DNA of 64,000 nt from Candidatus Magasanikiibacteriota bacterium (GCA_003518365.1 DOYU01000022.1:24095-88094), one strand, 5' to 3'. Shown: positions 27,504 through 38,245, counted from the first letter of the stretch. Notes: generated by a model from the letters alone, not told the origin. Program-made: numbers and translations.

Positions 27504-28016
27504 TTATTCAATAATTTCCCCTTCATCATACTTGTATTCTGCGTCATTCCAACAGTTACAAGTCGTATTTCCGTTGTTATCTGGTGAAAGATATGATCCA
27601 TTTCCGTCATAGCCTTTTTGTACACACAGATTGACACATTGTTGATGGTTTTGCTTTTTAGATAGAGAAGCACTCAGAAAAGTAAACATAAGAGTACCTA
27701 CTAAAACTAATATTGCTATCGAAATTATAACATGTCCGCTGTTTACTGAAACGTATTCAGATTCTCGTTTTTTTCCAATAAAAAATCCAGTCACTATCAT
27801 GATCGTGAGTGATGTTAAAAACGCTATCGCTTTTGTCCCTGTTATTATCAACCCGGCCACTGCAGGCCATGTATTATCTCCAAATACAAAAGCCCATAAA
27901 AATGCGAATGCTAATATCCCTGCCAATATTGATGCAAAAATTGATATTATAATGCCAGGAATTCCAAATAAAAGTGAGTAAATGTATCTTTGTTTCATAA
28001 TGAGATAATTAATCAT
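27504..28016 (-). CDS. Hypothetical membrane protein with four TM helices and a Cys-rich C-terminal tail
   Basis: Hydrophobicity pattern plus a C-terminal CxC-rich region. Confidence 0.45.
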   Translation of the reverse strand: MINYLIMKQRYIYSLLFGIPGIIISIFASILAGILAFAFLWAFVFGDNTWPAVAGLIITGTKAIAFLTSLTIMIVTGFFIGKKRESEYVSVNSGHVIISIAILVLVGTLMFTFLSASLSKKQNHQQCVNLCVQKGYDGNGSYLSPDNNGNTTCNCWNDAEYKYDEGEIIE

Positions 28017-28173
28017 CTATAGTTTATATGTCTTATTAAATGTTATCAAAATTTCGCTATTATAAGAAAAATATGTTTTAACGTGGCGCGGATATGAGAA
28101 GTTGGCTTTGCCAATTTGGGCGAGTGCGAAGCAACGAGCCTCATATCGGCTGTTAGGGGATGTGCTATAAAAA

Positions 28174-28602
28174 TTAAAAAAGATTGGCAGAGATAAATAA
28201 GTATAAAATGATCAATGAAAGAATGTATCCAATAATTGCGAAATGTTGAATGACTTTTTGTAGTAGAGTGAATTTTTTACTTGCTAGAATATAATCTTTA
28301 TCATTCTGCTTCGATGCACCAATATTTTGTCTACCTGTAGAACCAATGCTGTTGGCGGCTAAATAATTAGTTACAGAAGATAATATTAGAGTAGTTAACA
28401 ATAAGATTAAAGCAGTTTTGATGTAACAAACAGAATTTATTTTTCCATTTGAAGCTTTTATTTGTGTAATCAGCGGTATTATAAGAGTAATAGTTGCCCC
28501 CGAAAGTATTGACCAATGGAAAAAAAATTTTGTTCTTAATTCGGCTGCTTGTTTAGTTTGCTCTACGCCAAGATCAACTCTTTTTTCTTCTTCATTTTTC
28601 AT
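28174..28602 (-). CDS. Hypothetical membrane protein
   Basis: Three to four predicted TM helices. Confidence 0.45.
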   Translation of the reverse strand: MKNEEEKRVDLGVEQTKQAAELRTKFFFHWSILSGATITLIIPLITQIKASNGKINSVCYIKTALILLLTTLILSSVTNYLAANSIGSTGRQNIGASKQNDKDYILASKKFTLLQKVIQHFAIIGYILSLIILYLFISANLF

Positions 28603-28710
28603 ACTTTTTAATTTTTATAGCATTTTGCCTAACTGGTTTTTATCCAAACTTTTATATGGAAAATATACAAAATTTAGTATGAAATGCAAACTTTTGTCAC
28701 AGGGAATTTT

Positions 28711-29748
28711 CTACCCTTCTATACACGCATTATATCCACTCACCTCTACATTATATTCACTCACGAGCAACTCTGTCTCGCCAATAAGCGTGTTATATTC
28801 AGCAACAAGTGCATTGTATATATCTACTTTTTCTTTGTAAGCACTCCCTTGCTTTGGCTCGGACGCATCGAGTGCTTCTTTTTGCGCTGTGAGCTCGGCT
28901 TGCCGGTCTTTGATTGTTTGCTGGTTTGTTGCGATCAATGCTTGGGTATCTTTATTTGGAAGCGAACAATTTGGCAGCGGTTTTCCAAAAATTTGGACGG
29001 CAAGCCAGGTTTCGCGTCCGTCATACATGCCTTTGCCTACAGCAACACCAATCTCTGTATATTCTGGTTTTAATATATTTGCGCGATGGCCTGGACTATT
29101 CATCCATGCCGTGACCAGGTCTGTATCTCCAGAAAAGTCACCTAAGGCTAAATTTTCTCCAGTCAATCTGTAGATATATCCCGCACTTTCTACCCAGTAT
29201 GATGGCTGCGTGCCATCTGGCCCAACATGTGCAAAGTATTGCTTTGCAAACATATCTGCGAGCTTTGCTGCGGCAGCGTTGGAGAGCTTTGTGTTGAGCG
29301 TGAGAGATGAGAGGCCTTGGGCAGTTCTTTCCGCGTTTGTGACTGCTACGACGCCAGGAACGGTCAGTGCACCAGTCGCAGACAATGAAGGGCGTGTGAG
29401 CGGAGGCGGGGAATTGACTTCTTTTTTGGTGTCAGTGATTTTTGTTTGGGTAAATGTCGGGGTGGTTTCTTGTGTTGGGGTGTCTATCTTCTGTGGAGGC
29501 TCCTGATCTGCGGTTTTCTCAGTATCTGCTCTCAATGGTAGCTTTTGCCCTTTTGACGTGTCAGAAACACTTTGTGGGGCGTTGTAGCGAGCTAATTCTT
29601 CTATATCTACGTCTATCAGGGCTTCCTGTAAGGTAAATCTGAATAATAAGACAGCGCCAACCGTGAGGCCAGCAAAGAAGAGTATGGAGAAGAGTCGTCT
29701 CATAAGCTCTTGCGTAAAGGGGCATAGATTGCTACAATACCGAGGCAA
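28711..29748 (-). CDS. CAP/SCP (PR-1-like, YkwD-type) domain secreted protein with an N-terminal TM anchor and a C-terminal coiled coil. An alternative start is MRRLF at 29703.
   Basis: The CAP motifs GHRANIL and YTEIGVAVG. Confidence 0.65.
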   Translation of the reverse strand: MPRYCSNLCPFTQELMRRLFSILFFAGLTVGAVLLFRFTLQEALIDVDIEELARYNAPQSVSDTSKGQKLPLRADTEKTADQEPPQKIDTPTQETTPTFTQTKITDTKKEVNSPPPLTRPSLSATGALTVPGVVAVTNAERTAQGLSSLTLNTKLSNAAAAKLADMFAKQYFAHVGPDGTQPSYWVESAGYIYRLTGENLALGDFSGDTDLVTAWMNSPGHRANILKPEYTEIGVAVGKGMYDGRETWLAVQIFGKPLPNCSLPNKDTQALIATNQQTIKDRQAELTAQKEALDASEPKQGSAYKEKVDIYNALVAEYNTLIGETELLVSEYNVEVSGYNACIEG

Positions 29749-29814
29749 AAAATGCTTTATTCAGAGAAATCTTTCTGATTCAGTATACAAAAAATATACT
29801 ATATATTCAAGTCT

Positions 29815-31578
29815 ATGACACTTCGAACACATACGTGTGGAGAATTGAAAAAAGCTGCTGTCGGCACACAGGTCACATTGTCAGGTTGGGTCCACAAACG
29901 ACGCGATTTGGGAGGCTTGCTTTTTGTAGATCTTCGCGATCGATATGGCATCACCCAAGTCGTATTTCATCCAGACAAGGTGGCTGATTTTTCTGTGGCA
30001 GAAAGTTTGAAGTATGAATACATCATCACGGTGAACGGAGACGTCGTTGCGCGCGATGCCAATACAGTCAACAAAGATCTCGCGACAGGAGAGATTGAAA
30101 TTCATGCGACGACGCTCACGATTCAGTCTACGGCAAAAGCAATGCCATTTGAAATTTTTGACACACAAAAAGGAGAAGAAGATGAAGATCTTCGCTTGAC
30201 CTACCGTTTCCTCGAACTCCGTCGTGAAAAATTGAAAGAAAATATCATCTTCAGAAACAAGATGGAACAGCATATTCACAAGTACATGCAGGAGAGAAAT
30301 TTTTTGCATATTGCAACTCCGATTCTTACGGTCAGTTCTCCAGAAGGTGCGCGTGATTTTCTTGTGCCAAGTCGTATTCACCCAGGGAAATTTTACGCAT
30401 TGCCACAAGCGCCACAGCAGTATAAGCAGCTCCTCATGGTCGCAGGCTTTGATCGCTATTATCAGATTGCGCCATGTATGCGCGACGAAGATCCGCGCGC
30501 AGATCGTTCACCAGGAGAATTTTATCAGCTCGATACTGAAGTGAGTTTCATGACGCGTGATGAATTTTTTGAACTCATGGAACCTCTGTTTGTAGAACTT
30601 ACGGAACAAGTTGCTGGGAAAAAAATTCAACAAACACCATTTCCACGTATTCCATTCAAACAAGCAATGGAAGAATACGGCAGTGATCGTCCAGACCTTC
30701 GTTTTGGTTTGAAACTTGTTGATGTGACTGCGTGGGGGAATGCAAGTGCATTCAAAGTTTTTTCAGACGCACCAAGTGTTCGTGCATTGAAAATCGACGG
30801 TGGACACGAATGGAGCAGAAAACAAATCGAAGATGAATTTGAAGATGCGGCAAAACGTGCACATGCAAAAGGACTTGCATGGATGAAATTTGTTGAGGGT
30901 AAGTTCGATGGAGGTATTGCCAAGTTTTTTTCAGAGGAACAATTACAACAATTACAACAATTAGTACACATTGAACAAAACACGATAGTGTTTTTCGTCG
31001 CTGATGAATGGGATGTCAGTTGTCTTGCACTCGGTGCAGTTCGCCACTATGCAGGAAAGAAACTCGAGCTCGCAGATCAAAATGTGATTGCGTGGGCATG
31101 GATTGTCGATTTTCCATTTTTTGAAAAGAACAGTGAAACAGGAAAAATAGATTTTGGACACAATCCATTCTCTATGCCACAAGGCGGCCTTGACGCACTG
31201 AACAATCAAAACCCACTCGATATTCTCGCAGACCAGTACGACATCATTGCAAATGGACTTGAACTCAGTTCCGGTGCGGTGAGAAATAAAGATCCTGAAG
31301 TCATGTACAAAGCATTTGATATCGCTGGATATACCAAAGCGCAAGTAGATGAAAAGTTTGGGCACATGATAAAAGCGTTTGAATATGGTGCGCCTCCCCA
31401 TTGCGGCTTTGCGCCTGGTATTGAGCGTATGGTGATGGTATTGAAAGGGGAGACAAATATCCGTACTGTCATTCCATTCCCAAAGAATCAAAAAGCAGAA
31501 GAACCTATGATGGGCAGTCCTGCCGTTGTTGACGATGCGCAATTGAAAGAATTGGGGATTGCTGTGGTAAAGGAATAA
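29815..31578 (+). CDS. aspS: Aspartyl-tRNA synthetase
   Basis: An N-terminal OB fold, class II motifs and a GAD-type insertion, in a 587-aa protein. Confidence 0.95.
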   Translation: MTLRTHTCGELKKAAVGTQVTLSGWVHKRRDLGGLLFVDLRDRYGITQVVFHPDKVADFSVAESLKYEYIITVNGDVVARDANTVNKDLATGEIEIHATTLTIQSTAKAMPFEIFDTQKGEEDEDLRLTYRFLELRREKLKENIIFRNKMEQHIHKYMQERNFLHIATPILTVSSPEGARDFLVPSRIHPGKFYALPQAPQQYKQLLMVAGFDRYYQIAPCMRDEDPRADRSPGEFYQLDTEVSFMTRDEFFELMEPLFVELTEQVAGKKIQQTPFPRIPFKQAMEEYGSDRPDLRFGLKLVDVTAWGNASAFKVFSDAPSVRALKIDGGHEWSRKQIEDEFEDAAKRAHAKGLAWMKFVEGKFDGGIAKFFSEEQLQQLQQLVHIEQNTIVFFVADEWDVSCLALGAVRHYAGKKLELADQNVIAWAWIVDFPFFEKNSETGKIDFGHNPFSMPQGGLDALNNQNPLDILADQYDIIANGLELSSGAVRNKDPEVMYKAFDIAGYTKAQVDEKFGHMIKAFEYGAPPHCGFAPGIERMVMVLKGETNIRTVIPFPKNQKAEEPMMGSPAVVDDAQLKELGIAVVKE

Positions 31579-31585
31579 GAATGCT

Positions 31586-32281
31586 ATGAGGCAATCTGCT
31601 TATAGCATTATTATCCCAACCTATAACGAGGTAGAAAACATAACTCCGCTCATTGAGGAGATTATCGAACAGGTTGATAGTTCATCTGTGAGTTTGGATA
31701 TTGTTGTTATTGATGATAATTCTCCTGATGGCACAGGAAAAAAAGTGTTGGAATTGGTAGATACGTATCCTGTGAGGTTGATTTCTCGAGAATCAAAAAC
31801 CGGGTTAGGAAGCGCTGTGAGAGAAGGATTTGCTCAAACTGATTCAGAGTATCTTATTGTTATGGATGCAGATTTAAGTCATGATCCATCAATTTTGAAT
31901 GCTATGATCACGGCTTTATCGAGTTTTGATATTGTTATCGGCAGTCGTTTTTTGCCAGAAAGCACGGTTGAGTCTTGGACTCCTTGGCGTAAATTTTTAT
32001 CAAAATTTGGTGTTTCCTTGGCACGCTATACGGTGCAGGTACAGGATCCATTGAGTGGATATTTTGGTTTTCGTCGGCACGTTATTGATAATGTTCAGCT
32101 AAAGACAATGGGATATAAAATATTGTTTGAGATATTGGCGAAAGGAACCTATCAATCTGTATGCGAGATTCCGTTTACCTTTCGTGTGCGACATACGAGT
32201 GTTTCTAAATTGAATACGAAAGAATATCTTCGTTTTTTGTTTCAATGCATAACCTATGTGAGGTGGCGGAAAAAAAAGTAA
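31586..32281 (+). CDS. GT2 glycosyltransferase, polyprenol-phosphate mannose/glucose synthase (DPM1-like)
   Basis: IIIPTYNE, VIDDNSPDGT and DADLSHDP motifs. Confidence 0.8.
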   Translation: MRQSAYSIIIPTYNEVENITPLIEEIIEQVDSSSVSLDIVVIDDNSPDGTGKKVLELVDTYPVRLISRESKTGLGSAVREGFAQTDSEYLIVMDADLSHDPSILNAMITALSSFDIVIGSRFLPESTVESWTPWRKFLSKFGVSLARYTVQVQDPLSGYFGFRRHVIDNVQLKTMGYKILFEILAKGTYQSVCEIPFTFRVRHTSVSKLNTKEYLRFLFQCITYVRWRKKK

Positions 32282-32283
32282 GT

Positions 32284-33573
32284 ATGGTTTTACGGCTACG
32301 ACAAATAACATATATAAAAGTTTTTGCTTTTTCTTTTTTGTGTACGCTATTTGTTATATATCTCCATCTTGCATTGCCGTCGATGTTTAATCAATTTGCC
32401 AAAACAAACTTTTTCTTTTCTGATGTGTCTACAAGAATTAGCGAACCGTATGGAGAATATGTTTGGAATTTGCATACTACCCATCCGGTATTTGCAAGAA
32501 GGCAGCTTACGACACAAGTCGTACATTTGTTTCAGCATGTATTTGATATTGGGATAATGCCAGCGTTTATTCTGCTACAATCATTGCTTCTCTTTTTTTC
32601 TGGGGTGGCTCTCTTTTATTTTATACGGGCTGTAGAATTAGAAAAGTACTGGTTTGTATCATTGGCAGCATTTTATACAACATTTCCTATTTTATTTGCT
32701 TTTTTGCCTAGTATCTGGTCGTATGATGATCTTTGGCAAATATTTTTTTTGTTTCTTGTTCTTGCGAATGCGTGGAATCGGAGATATACGTTTACGTTAT
32801 TTTTTTTATTCCTTGCTCTCGTTTCTCGAGAATCAACGATCCTGGCGTTTCCTGGGATTTTTGGGATCATGGTCTATCGAGGATACGCCGGTGTGAAAAC
32901 AAAAATTTCATTTCGTTCTATATTCACCCATGGATTGATGTTATTACTTCCAATAGTAGTATATATGTTATATTATGTTGCATTAGGGCGCATACTCCAT
33001 ATGCAAGGAAGTGACGTCGCATATATGACAACTGAAAGATTTCGTCATGTTATGTATAATTTTCAGAATACTGCATATAGTGTAGAGTCTTTGGTTGCTC
33101 CGGTCCTTGTATATGGTTTAGCTGTATATGCTCTTTTTCGTTCCTTGCAAGGGGGATATATGAAAGAAACGTTTTTCCCTCTTGTGATTGGGTTTGTTGT
33201 GACTATGTTTGTAAATGTACTTGCTGTCTATACGGGTGGCCATGCCTATGAAATGCGCCTTTTTTTCTTACCCCTGGTATTTTTGTATCCACTATTGGGA
33301 TTTTTATATATGAAAGAATTGAGGACTATACGAGACATAGTGAAGAAACATACCATGCATAGGCGAGCTGCCCCTATACTTTTTACATATTTCATTTCTT
33401 TTTTCCTTTGTATTTTTGCTACAATTGTGTTTAGTTTTTTTGTATATAGTCCAGTTGGTGGTGGCCCTGTGAGTATGATATATCAATGTTTTCTTTTTCT
33501 TGTATTGTTTTTCATTGCTTTGAGTATGTGCTTGCACAGTGTAGACAAATCATTAAAAAGAATTTTAAGTTGA
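32284..33573 (+). CDS. Polytopic membrane protein, putatively a GT-C-fold glycosyltransferase partnered with the upstream DPM1-like enzyme
   Basis: At least ten TM helices and a position immediately downstream of a polyprenol-phosphate sugar synthase. The family assignment is inferred from context. Confidence 0.4.
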   Translation: MVLRLRQITYIKVFAFSFLCTLFVIYLHLALPSMFNQFAKTNFFFSDVSTRISEPYGEYVWNLHTTHPVFARRQLTTQVVHLFQHVFDIGIMPAFILLQSLLLFFSGVALFYFIRAVELEKYWFVSLAAFYTTFPILFAFLPSIWSYDDLWQIFFLFLVLANAWNRRYTFTLFFLFLALVSRESTILAFPGIFGIMVYRGYAGVKTKISFRSIFTHGLMLLLPIVVYMLYYVALGRILHMQGSDVAYMTTERFRHVMYNFQNTAYSVESLVAPVLVYGLAVYALFRSLQGGYMKETFFPLVIGFVVTMFVNVLAVYTGGHAYEMRLFFLPLVFLYPLLGFLYMKELRTIRDIVKKHTMHRRAAPILFTYFISFFLCIFATIVFSFFVYSPVGGGPVSMIYQCFLFLVLFFIALSMCLHSVDKSLKRILS

Positions 33574-33576
33574 CAT

Positions 33577-34266
33577 ATGGATCTCACGCTCAAACAATTT
33601 ACTGGCCCTTTTGATCTTTTGTTGTCGCTGGTGGAAGGGCAGGAGCTTCAGATTTCCGAAATTACCTTGTCCGAAGTCACAGAACAGTATCTCACATATC
33701 TCGATACCCTGGAGGAAGATCGTGTTGAAGAATTGGCAGATTTCCTGGTTGTTGCCGCAAAACTTTTGTATTTGAAATCAAAGCGACTCCTCCCTGAATT
33801 TTTGCCAGAAGAAGAGGATGATACTGATGGGCTTGAAGCACAGTTGAAGCTGTATAAGCAATTTGTTGATGCTAGTAAGATAGTAGACAAATTGTGGCTT
33901 GGAGACAAGAAAAGTGGCTTTCGCAGTGAACCACCAAAGCAACGTGACGGCTTTGCATTGCCCCCAGGGCTTGATCTAGAGGCTTTGGGGCAATCTATGG
34001 TACACTTAGTGTCCAAGATAGCGCCACCAAAAAAATTGCCTCGGACCCATATAGATAAAGGGGTGTCTCTCAAAGAGCGTATTGATGCGATTCGGAAGCT
34101 CTTGAAAGAACGAAAAAGTTTTCGTTTTGCAGATGCTCTTTCTGATGCTAATAATAAGACCGAAGTGATCATTGGATTTCTTGCGATTCTTGAACTGGTG
34201 AAGCAGAAGTCCTTATATTTAGATCAAGATGCGACCTTTGGGGATATTATGATTACGCGGGCGTGA
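33577..34266 (+). CDS. scpA: Segregation and condensation protein A
   Basis: FTGPFDLLLSLVEGQELQISEITLSEVTEQYL. Confidence 0.85.
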   Translation: MDLTLKQFTGPFDLLLSLVEGQELQISEITLSEVTEQYLTYLDTLEEDRVEELADFLVVAAKLLYLKSKRLLPEFLPEEEDDTDGLEAQLKLYKQFVDASKIVDKLWLGDKKSGFRSEPPKQRDGFALPPGLDLEALGQSMVHLVSKIAPPKKLPRTHIDKGVSLKERIDAIRKLLKERKSFRFADALSDANNKTEVIIGFLAILELVKQKSLYLDQDATFGDIMITRA

Positions 34267-34284
34267 AGCATCACTCCTACAATA

Positions 34285-34356
34285 GAACACGGATCAAACA
34301 GATTGAACGAATTTGAACTGATCCGTGAATATCTGTGAGATCTGTTCAATCCGTGT
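34285..34356. promoter_or_regulatory. Structured or operator-like scpA-scpB spacer: three copies of a 7-mer (cacggat / atccgtg / atccgtg) arranged as a 9-bp hairpin (34288..34327) plus an extra half-site
   Basis: Read directly from the sequence. scpA and scpB are separated by 109 bp here, whereas they are often translationally coupled. Confidence 0.4.
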
Positions 34357-34375
34357 GCTATCAGTACTTACCTCT

Positions 34376-34933
34376 ATGAATCTTTTATCAAAACTTGAAT
34401 CTATTCTCTTTGTTGCGTCAAAACCTTTGACGATTGTTCAGCTTGCAAAAGCACTCGATACGAGTAAGGAGCATATCAGTGAAGCACTGGATACACTTGT
34501 CATGAAATACAATCGTGATGATAGTGGCATTCATATATTGCGAGAAGCAGAAAGTGTGCAGATGGCGACGAATCCTGAAAATCTTTCTGCGATTGAAGGA
34601 TTTATCAAAGACGAAGTTTCAGGAGAATTGACAAAGGCACAACTCGAGACATTGACTGTCATTGCATATCGTTCACCAATCACCAGAGCTGATCTCGAGC
34701 AAATTCGTGGGGTGAACTGTTCTGTTATTTTGCGAAATTTGATGATGCGTGGGCTTGTGGATCAATATGATAGTAGTGAAGAAATTTTACCAACGTATGT
34801 GCTTACGATGGATGCCTTGGCCGCACTTGGTATTTCGGAGATTGCTGATTTGCCACAGTTCGCAGAGCTCAGTCAGCACGAGCATATTGCACATGCGCTT
34901 TCAAAAGAAGAAGATAGCGATACTGTAGAATAA
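34376..34933 (+). CDS. scpB: Segregation and condensation protein B. The true start is MNLLSKLE at 34376.
   Basis: LESILFVASKPL together with a winged-helix pair. Confidence 0.85.
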   Translation: MNLLSKLESILFVASKPLTIVQLAKALDTSKEHISEALDTLVMKYNRDDSGIHILREAESVQMATNPENLSAIEGFIKDEVSGELTKAQLETLTVIAYRSPITRADLEQIRGVNCSVILRNLMMRGLVDQYDSSEEILPTYVLTMDALAALGISEIADLPQFAELSQHEHIAHALSKEEDSDTVE

Positions 34934-34940
34934 TGTAATT

Positions 34941-36005
34941 ATGAATTTTCTTGATATACAATCTGGTGCAAAAGATAGATCAAATACGTGGCGAAATATT
35001 CTTGCTATGGGTATGTTTGTCGTTGCTCTTGGTGGTATTGGGTGGTCATTTGCATCATCATTTTCTTCTGGAAAAATATCTACATTTATTGCTCGGGTTA
35101 CGCCAGAAGGATTTCCTCTTGCAGAAGACAAAGAGGTGGTAAAAGCAGGAGGAGATATTACGGTCGAGCCCATGAATCTTCCTGTTCCACCAAAATTGAT
35201 AGGAGAACTTGTTCCTGCAAGCACTTTTGCGGCCGAAGGATTGATTGTCAAAGATGTGGAAACCGGTGCATTGCTGTATGAAAAGCGTGCCTATGATCAA
35301 CGACCAATCGCGAGTATTACAAAGCTCATGAGCGCGCTTGTTATTTTGGAAAAATCTCCTGATTGGACAACGTCAACTATTGTTGTCTCAGATACTGTCC
35401 CTGATACACACATGTATGCGGGGGATACCTATACACTCGAAGAATTATGGCGCGCGGCATTGGTTGGATCGTCAAATAAAGCGATTCTTACACTTGCGGA
35501 TGCTGTTGGCTGGCCACGCGATGCGTTTATCGAGCGCATGAATCAAAAAGCGCGCGAGCTTGGCATGCTCGATAGTTTGTTTACAGATCCGAGTGGACTT
35601 GATGCTGGGAATGTTTCAACGCCATCAGATTTGGTCATTCTCCTGAATGAAGCACTCTCACACGAAGATATTCAGCGGACACTCTTGATCACAGAAGTGC
35701 AGCTTTTTTCAAAAGAGCGAAATAAGCAGCATCACATGTGGAGCACCAATTGGCTTTTGCTTGGGTGGATCCAGCATGGATTTGCCAATATTCTTGGTGG
35801 AAAAACAGGCTACATTCCAGAATCTGGATACAATTTTACTGCTCGTATTGAAGATATTCTTGGGCATCAGCTCGATATTGTAGTTCTTGGTGCTACGGTA
35901 CATGAAGATCGTTTTACTGTGCTTCGAGAGGCAGGGGAGTGGGCATTTGAAAATTATCAGTGGGATGATGAACCAATTGTAGAAACTTCACCGGAGGGCG
36001 TATGA
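34941..36005 (+). CDS. D-alanyl-D-alanine carboxypeptidase (S11, PBP5/6-like)
   Basis: SITK (SxxK), SSN (SxN) and KTG motifs, plus an N-terminal TM anchor. Confidence 0.8.
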   Translation: MNFLDIQSGAKDRSNTWRNILAMGMFVVALGGIGWSFASSFSSGKISTFIARVTPEGFPLAEDKEVVKAGGDITVEPMNLPVPPKLIGELVPASTFAAEGLIVKDVETGALLYEKRAYDQRPIASITKLMSALVILEKSPDWTTSTIVVSDTVPDTHMYAGDTYTLEELWRAALVGSSNKAILTLADAVGWPRDAFIERMNQKARELGMLDSLFTDPSGLDAGNVSTPSDLVILLNEALSHEDIQRTLLITEVQLFSKERNKQHHMWSTNWLLLGWIQHGFANILGGKTGYIPESGYNFTARIEDILGHQLDIVVLGATVHEDRFTVLREAGEWAFENYQWDDEPIVETSPEGV

Positions 36006-36565
36006 ACAAAAAAGCAATATTGATCAAAATAATCGCACTCCTCTTTGTGTGTGGTATCATTGTCGGACTCAACATTTTTTTGATAGAGCACAGTGATGTT
36101 GTAGAAAATATTGTTTCACGCTTTGGATATGTGGGAATGTTTCTTCTTGCTGCGGTGAGTGGATTCAATCTGGTTGTCCCCATCCCTGCCATAGGATTTT
36201 ATCCGGTGTTTGCCGAACTTGGATATGCACCAGCCGTGATTATTGGCATCATGTCTCTTGGAATGACGCTTGGTGACTCTATTGGCTACTTGCTTGGGCG
36301 TACAGGAAAAGATATGCTTGCTGCCTCTTCATCACGGCATGTGAATGATGTCTTTCATAGATTGTATCTGCGACATCAAGTCTTGCCATTTGTTTTTTTG
36401 TTTTTTTATGTTGCATTTGTGCCACTTCCAAACGAGCTGCTTGTAATTCCTATGGCTATTGCCGGCTATCGGTATTGGCACATGGCTGTGGTATTGTGTT
36501 TGGGAAATATGTTGTTTAATACATTCGGTGCATTTGGAATAGCGACGATAGTGTCATTGTTTTAG
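36002..36565 (+). CDS. Membrane protein, possibly of the DedA/VTT family
   Basis: Four to five TM helices and a VPIPA motif. The family assignment is weak. Confidence 0.35.
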   Translation: MNKKAILIKIIALLFVCGIIVGLNIFLIEHSDVVENIVSRFGYVGMFLLAAVSGFNLVVPIPAIGFYPVFAELGYAPAVIIGIMSLGMTLGDSIGYLLGRTGKDMLAASSSRHVNDVFHRLYLRHQVLPFVFLFFYVAFVPLPNELLVIPMAIAGYRYWHMAVVLCLGNMLFNTFGAFGIATIVSLF

Positions 36566-36568
36566 GCT

Positions 36569-37075
36569 ATGCCTCATTTGAATCCTGCCACATGGTTTGC
36601 TGCACTTCCTCATGAATGGGCAGTATTTTTGCTTTCGATGCTCCCGATTACCGAGCTCCGAGCCGCTATTCCTATTGGGCTTACCGTCTATGACATGTCT
36701 TTACCCGTGACGTGGATCATGGCGGTGTTGGGCAATCTTGTGCCATCATTTTTTTTGCTCCTTCTTTTGCCTCGGTTGCATGATTGGATTATCCGACAAA
36801 AATATATAGGAGCTATATTCAAAAAGAAACTCGCAGATGCTGAGCGATTTTTTTCTGGCAATCATGCGAAGTATGGGGCTATCGCTTTGGTGGTATTCGT
36901 GGGGATCCCGTTACCTATGACCGGAGCATGGACTGGGTCACTCGCATCGTTTATTTTCAAAATCCCATTCAAAAAATCATTTCCTCTCATCGCGCTTGGC
37001 GTTTCGCTCGCCGCGACGATTGTTACTCTTATTACGCTCTTTGCTGGGGGAGCATGGCGAGCCTTATTTTTGTAG
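36569..37075 (+). CDS. Small multidrug-export-like membrane protein (COG2426 family)
   Basis: The PITELRAAIPIG motif. Confidence 0.5.
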   Translation: MPHLNPATWFAALPHEWAVFLLSMLPITELRAAIPIGLTVYDMSLPVTWIMAVLGNLVPSFFLLLLLPRLHDWIIRQKYIGAIFKKKLADAERFFSGNHAKYGAIALVVFVGIPLPMTGAWTGSLASFIFKIPFKKSFPLIALGVSLAATIVTLITLFAGGAWRALFL

Positions 37076-37105
37076 GAGGTATCCCATTTTGAAAAAACAC
37101 TCGCA

Positions 37106-38245
37106 TTATTGAGTGTTTTTTCTTTCCTGAATGAGTGTTTTTATTTCATGCACGATGGTATTGATGAGTTTTTTTATTTTTCTCTTGGATGAACGTATTT
37201 CATCATATTCCCAATAAATGCCAGGATTTGTATTGCCTTCTACGAGATACAAATGTCCATTGTTACTTCGTATATAGTCTAGTGCATAGAGAGAGTGTGA
37301 CAGGTCTAGGGTGTTTTCTAATATTTTTTTAATTTTTGTGTTCATGATGATTACATCTTGGGGGATGCGTCTTAGAGAAATATAAAAAGAACTTCCGCCC
37401 TGGTGTTGGTTTGCTAAAAAGTTTCCTTTTTGAGCTACGCGGATATAGCTTTGGAGTGTTTTTGTATTCAATGTGATTACTCGTACATCTATTGTTCCGC
37501 GATGTTTTTTGAAATGAAAGCTCGTATCACAGGTGAGAAAAGGTTGAAGAACATACGAGATATGTTTTGTATGATAGTCGATTATTTTGGCTATTCCTTT
37601 TTTGGTAAACGTTACTTTGTGAATATTGAATCCTCCAGATCCTGTTTTATTTTTTATAATGTATCCATTCAAAAAATCTTCACGATAGGGATGTTTTTGA
37701 AGTATGGCATCTAGTCTTTTTTTTGCTGCCATGATTGCTTTTTCTGTGCCATGTGTTATTTCTGCTGTAGGTATCGCATATTTTTTGAAATGTGTGTATG
37801 TATTGAATTTATTCTCAAAAACTTTTGTGAGGATTTTTTTGTTAAACGTATAGATTTTTTTGCTTGATGTAAGTGTAGACATTTGCTCCTTTTGAGTAGA
37901 TGTCTTTGGGGTAAACTTATCAAAGAGCATGGTCGTGTATGCCTTATGTGGGTGTCTGTGCCATGTGTTGTTGTCGTAGGTCCAAAAACTTTTGAATAAT
38001 CCTGAACCACAAATGTCTGATGATGTTGCAAATGCAGCGTTCAATCCTTTTTTTTTGCATCTTTCTAAAAAATATCGATAGCAGTCATTGTATACTCCTA
38101 CTTTACTTTTTGGAGGAAACGGAGGGCTGTCTGTATATGACGTATTGCCCGCACTCTTTGCTTTCATTCCCGAATACACAATAATAATGTCAAATGTGTC
38201 TATTTGAGTATTCATGATATGTTGATTTATCTTGAAATCAATCAC
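37106..38245 (-). CDS. ATP-grasp family protein with a C-terminal ATP-grasp fold. The likely start is MNTQID at 38215.
   Basis: NQHQGGSSFYISL and LYLVEGNTNPG match the ATP-grasp nucleotide-binding signatures. Confidence 0.55.
   Translation of the reverse strand: MIDFKINQHIMNTQIDTFDIIIVYSGMKAKSAGNTSYTDSPPFPPKSKVGVYNDCYRYFLERCKKKGLNAAFATSSDICGSGLFKSFWTYDNNTWHRHPHKAYTTMLFDKFTPKTSTQKEQMSTLTSSKKIYTFNKKILTKVFENKFNTYTHFKKYAIPTAEITHGTEKAIMAAKKRLDAILQKHPYREDFLNGYIIKNKTGSGGFNIHKVTFTKKGIAKIIDYHTKHISYVLQPFLTCDTSFHFKKHRGTIDVRVITLNTKTLQSYIRVAQKGNFLANQHQGGSSFYISLRRIPQDVIIMNTKIKKILENTLDLSHSLYALDYIRSNNGHLYLVEGNTNPGIYWEYDEIRSSKRKIKKLINTIVHEIKTLIQERKNTQ

Noticed and set aside
28085-28160. Possible small structured RNA (10-bp closing stem gcggatatgag/ctcatatcggc with internal hairpins) between two minus-strand membrane-protein genes
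   Set aside because: It is more simply a complex terminator or intergenic hairpin for the upstream minus-strand gene. I recognised no family, and it is left as uncertain.
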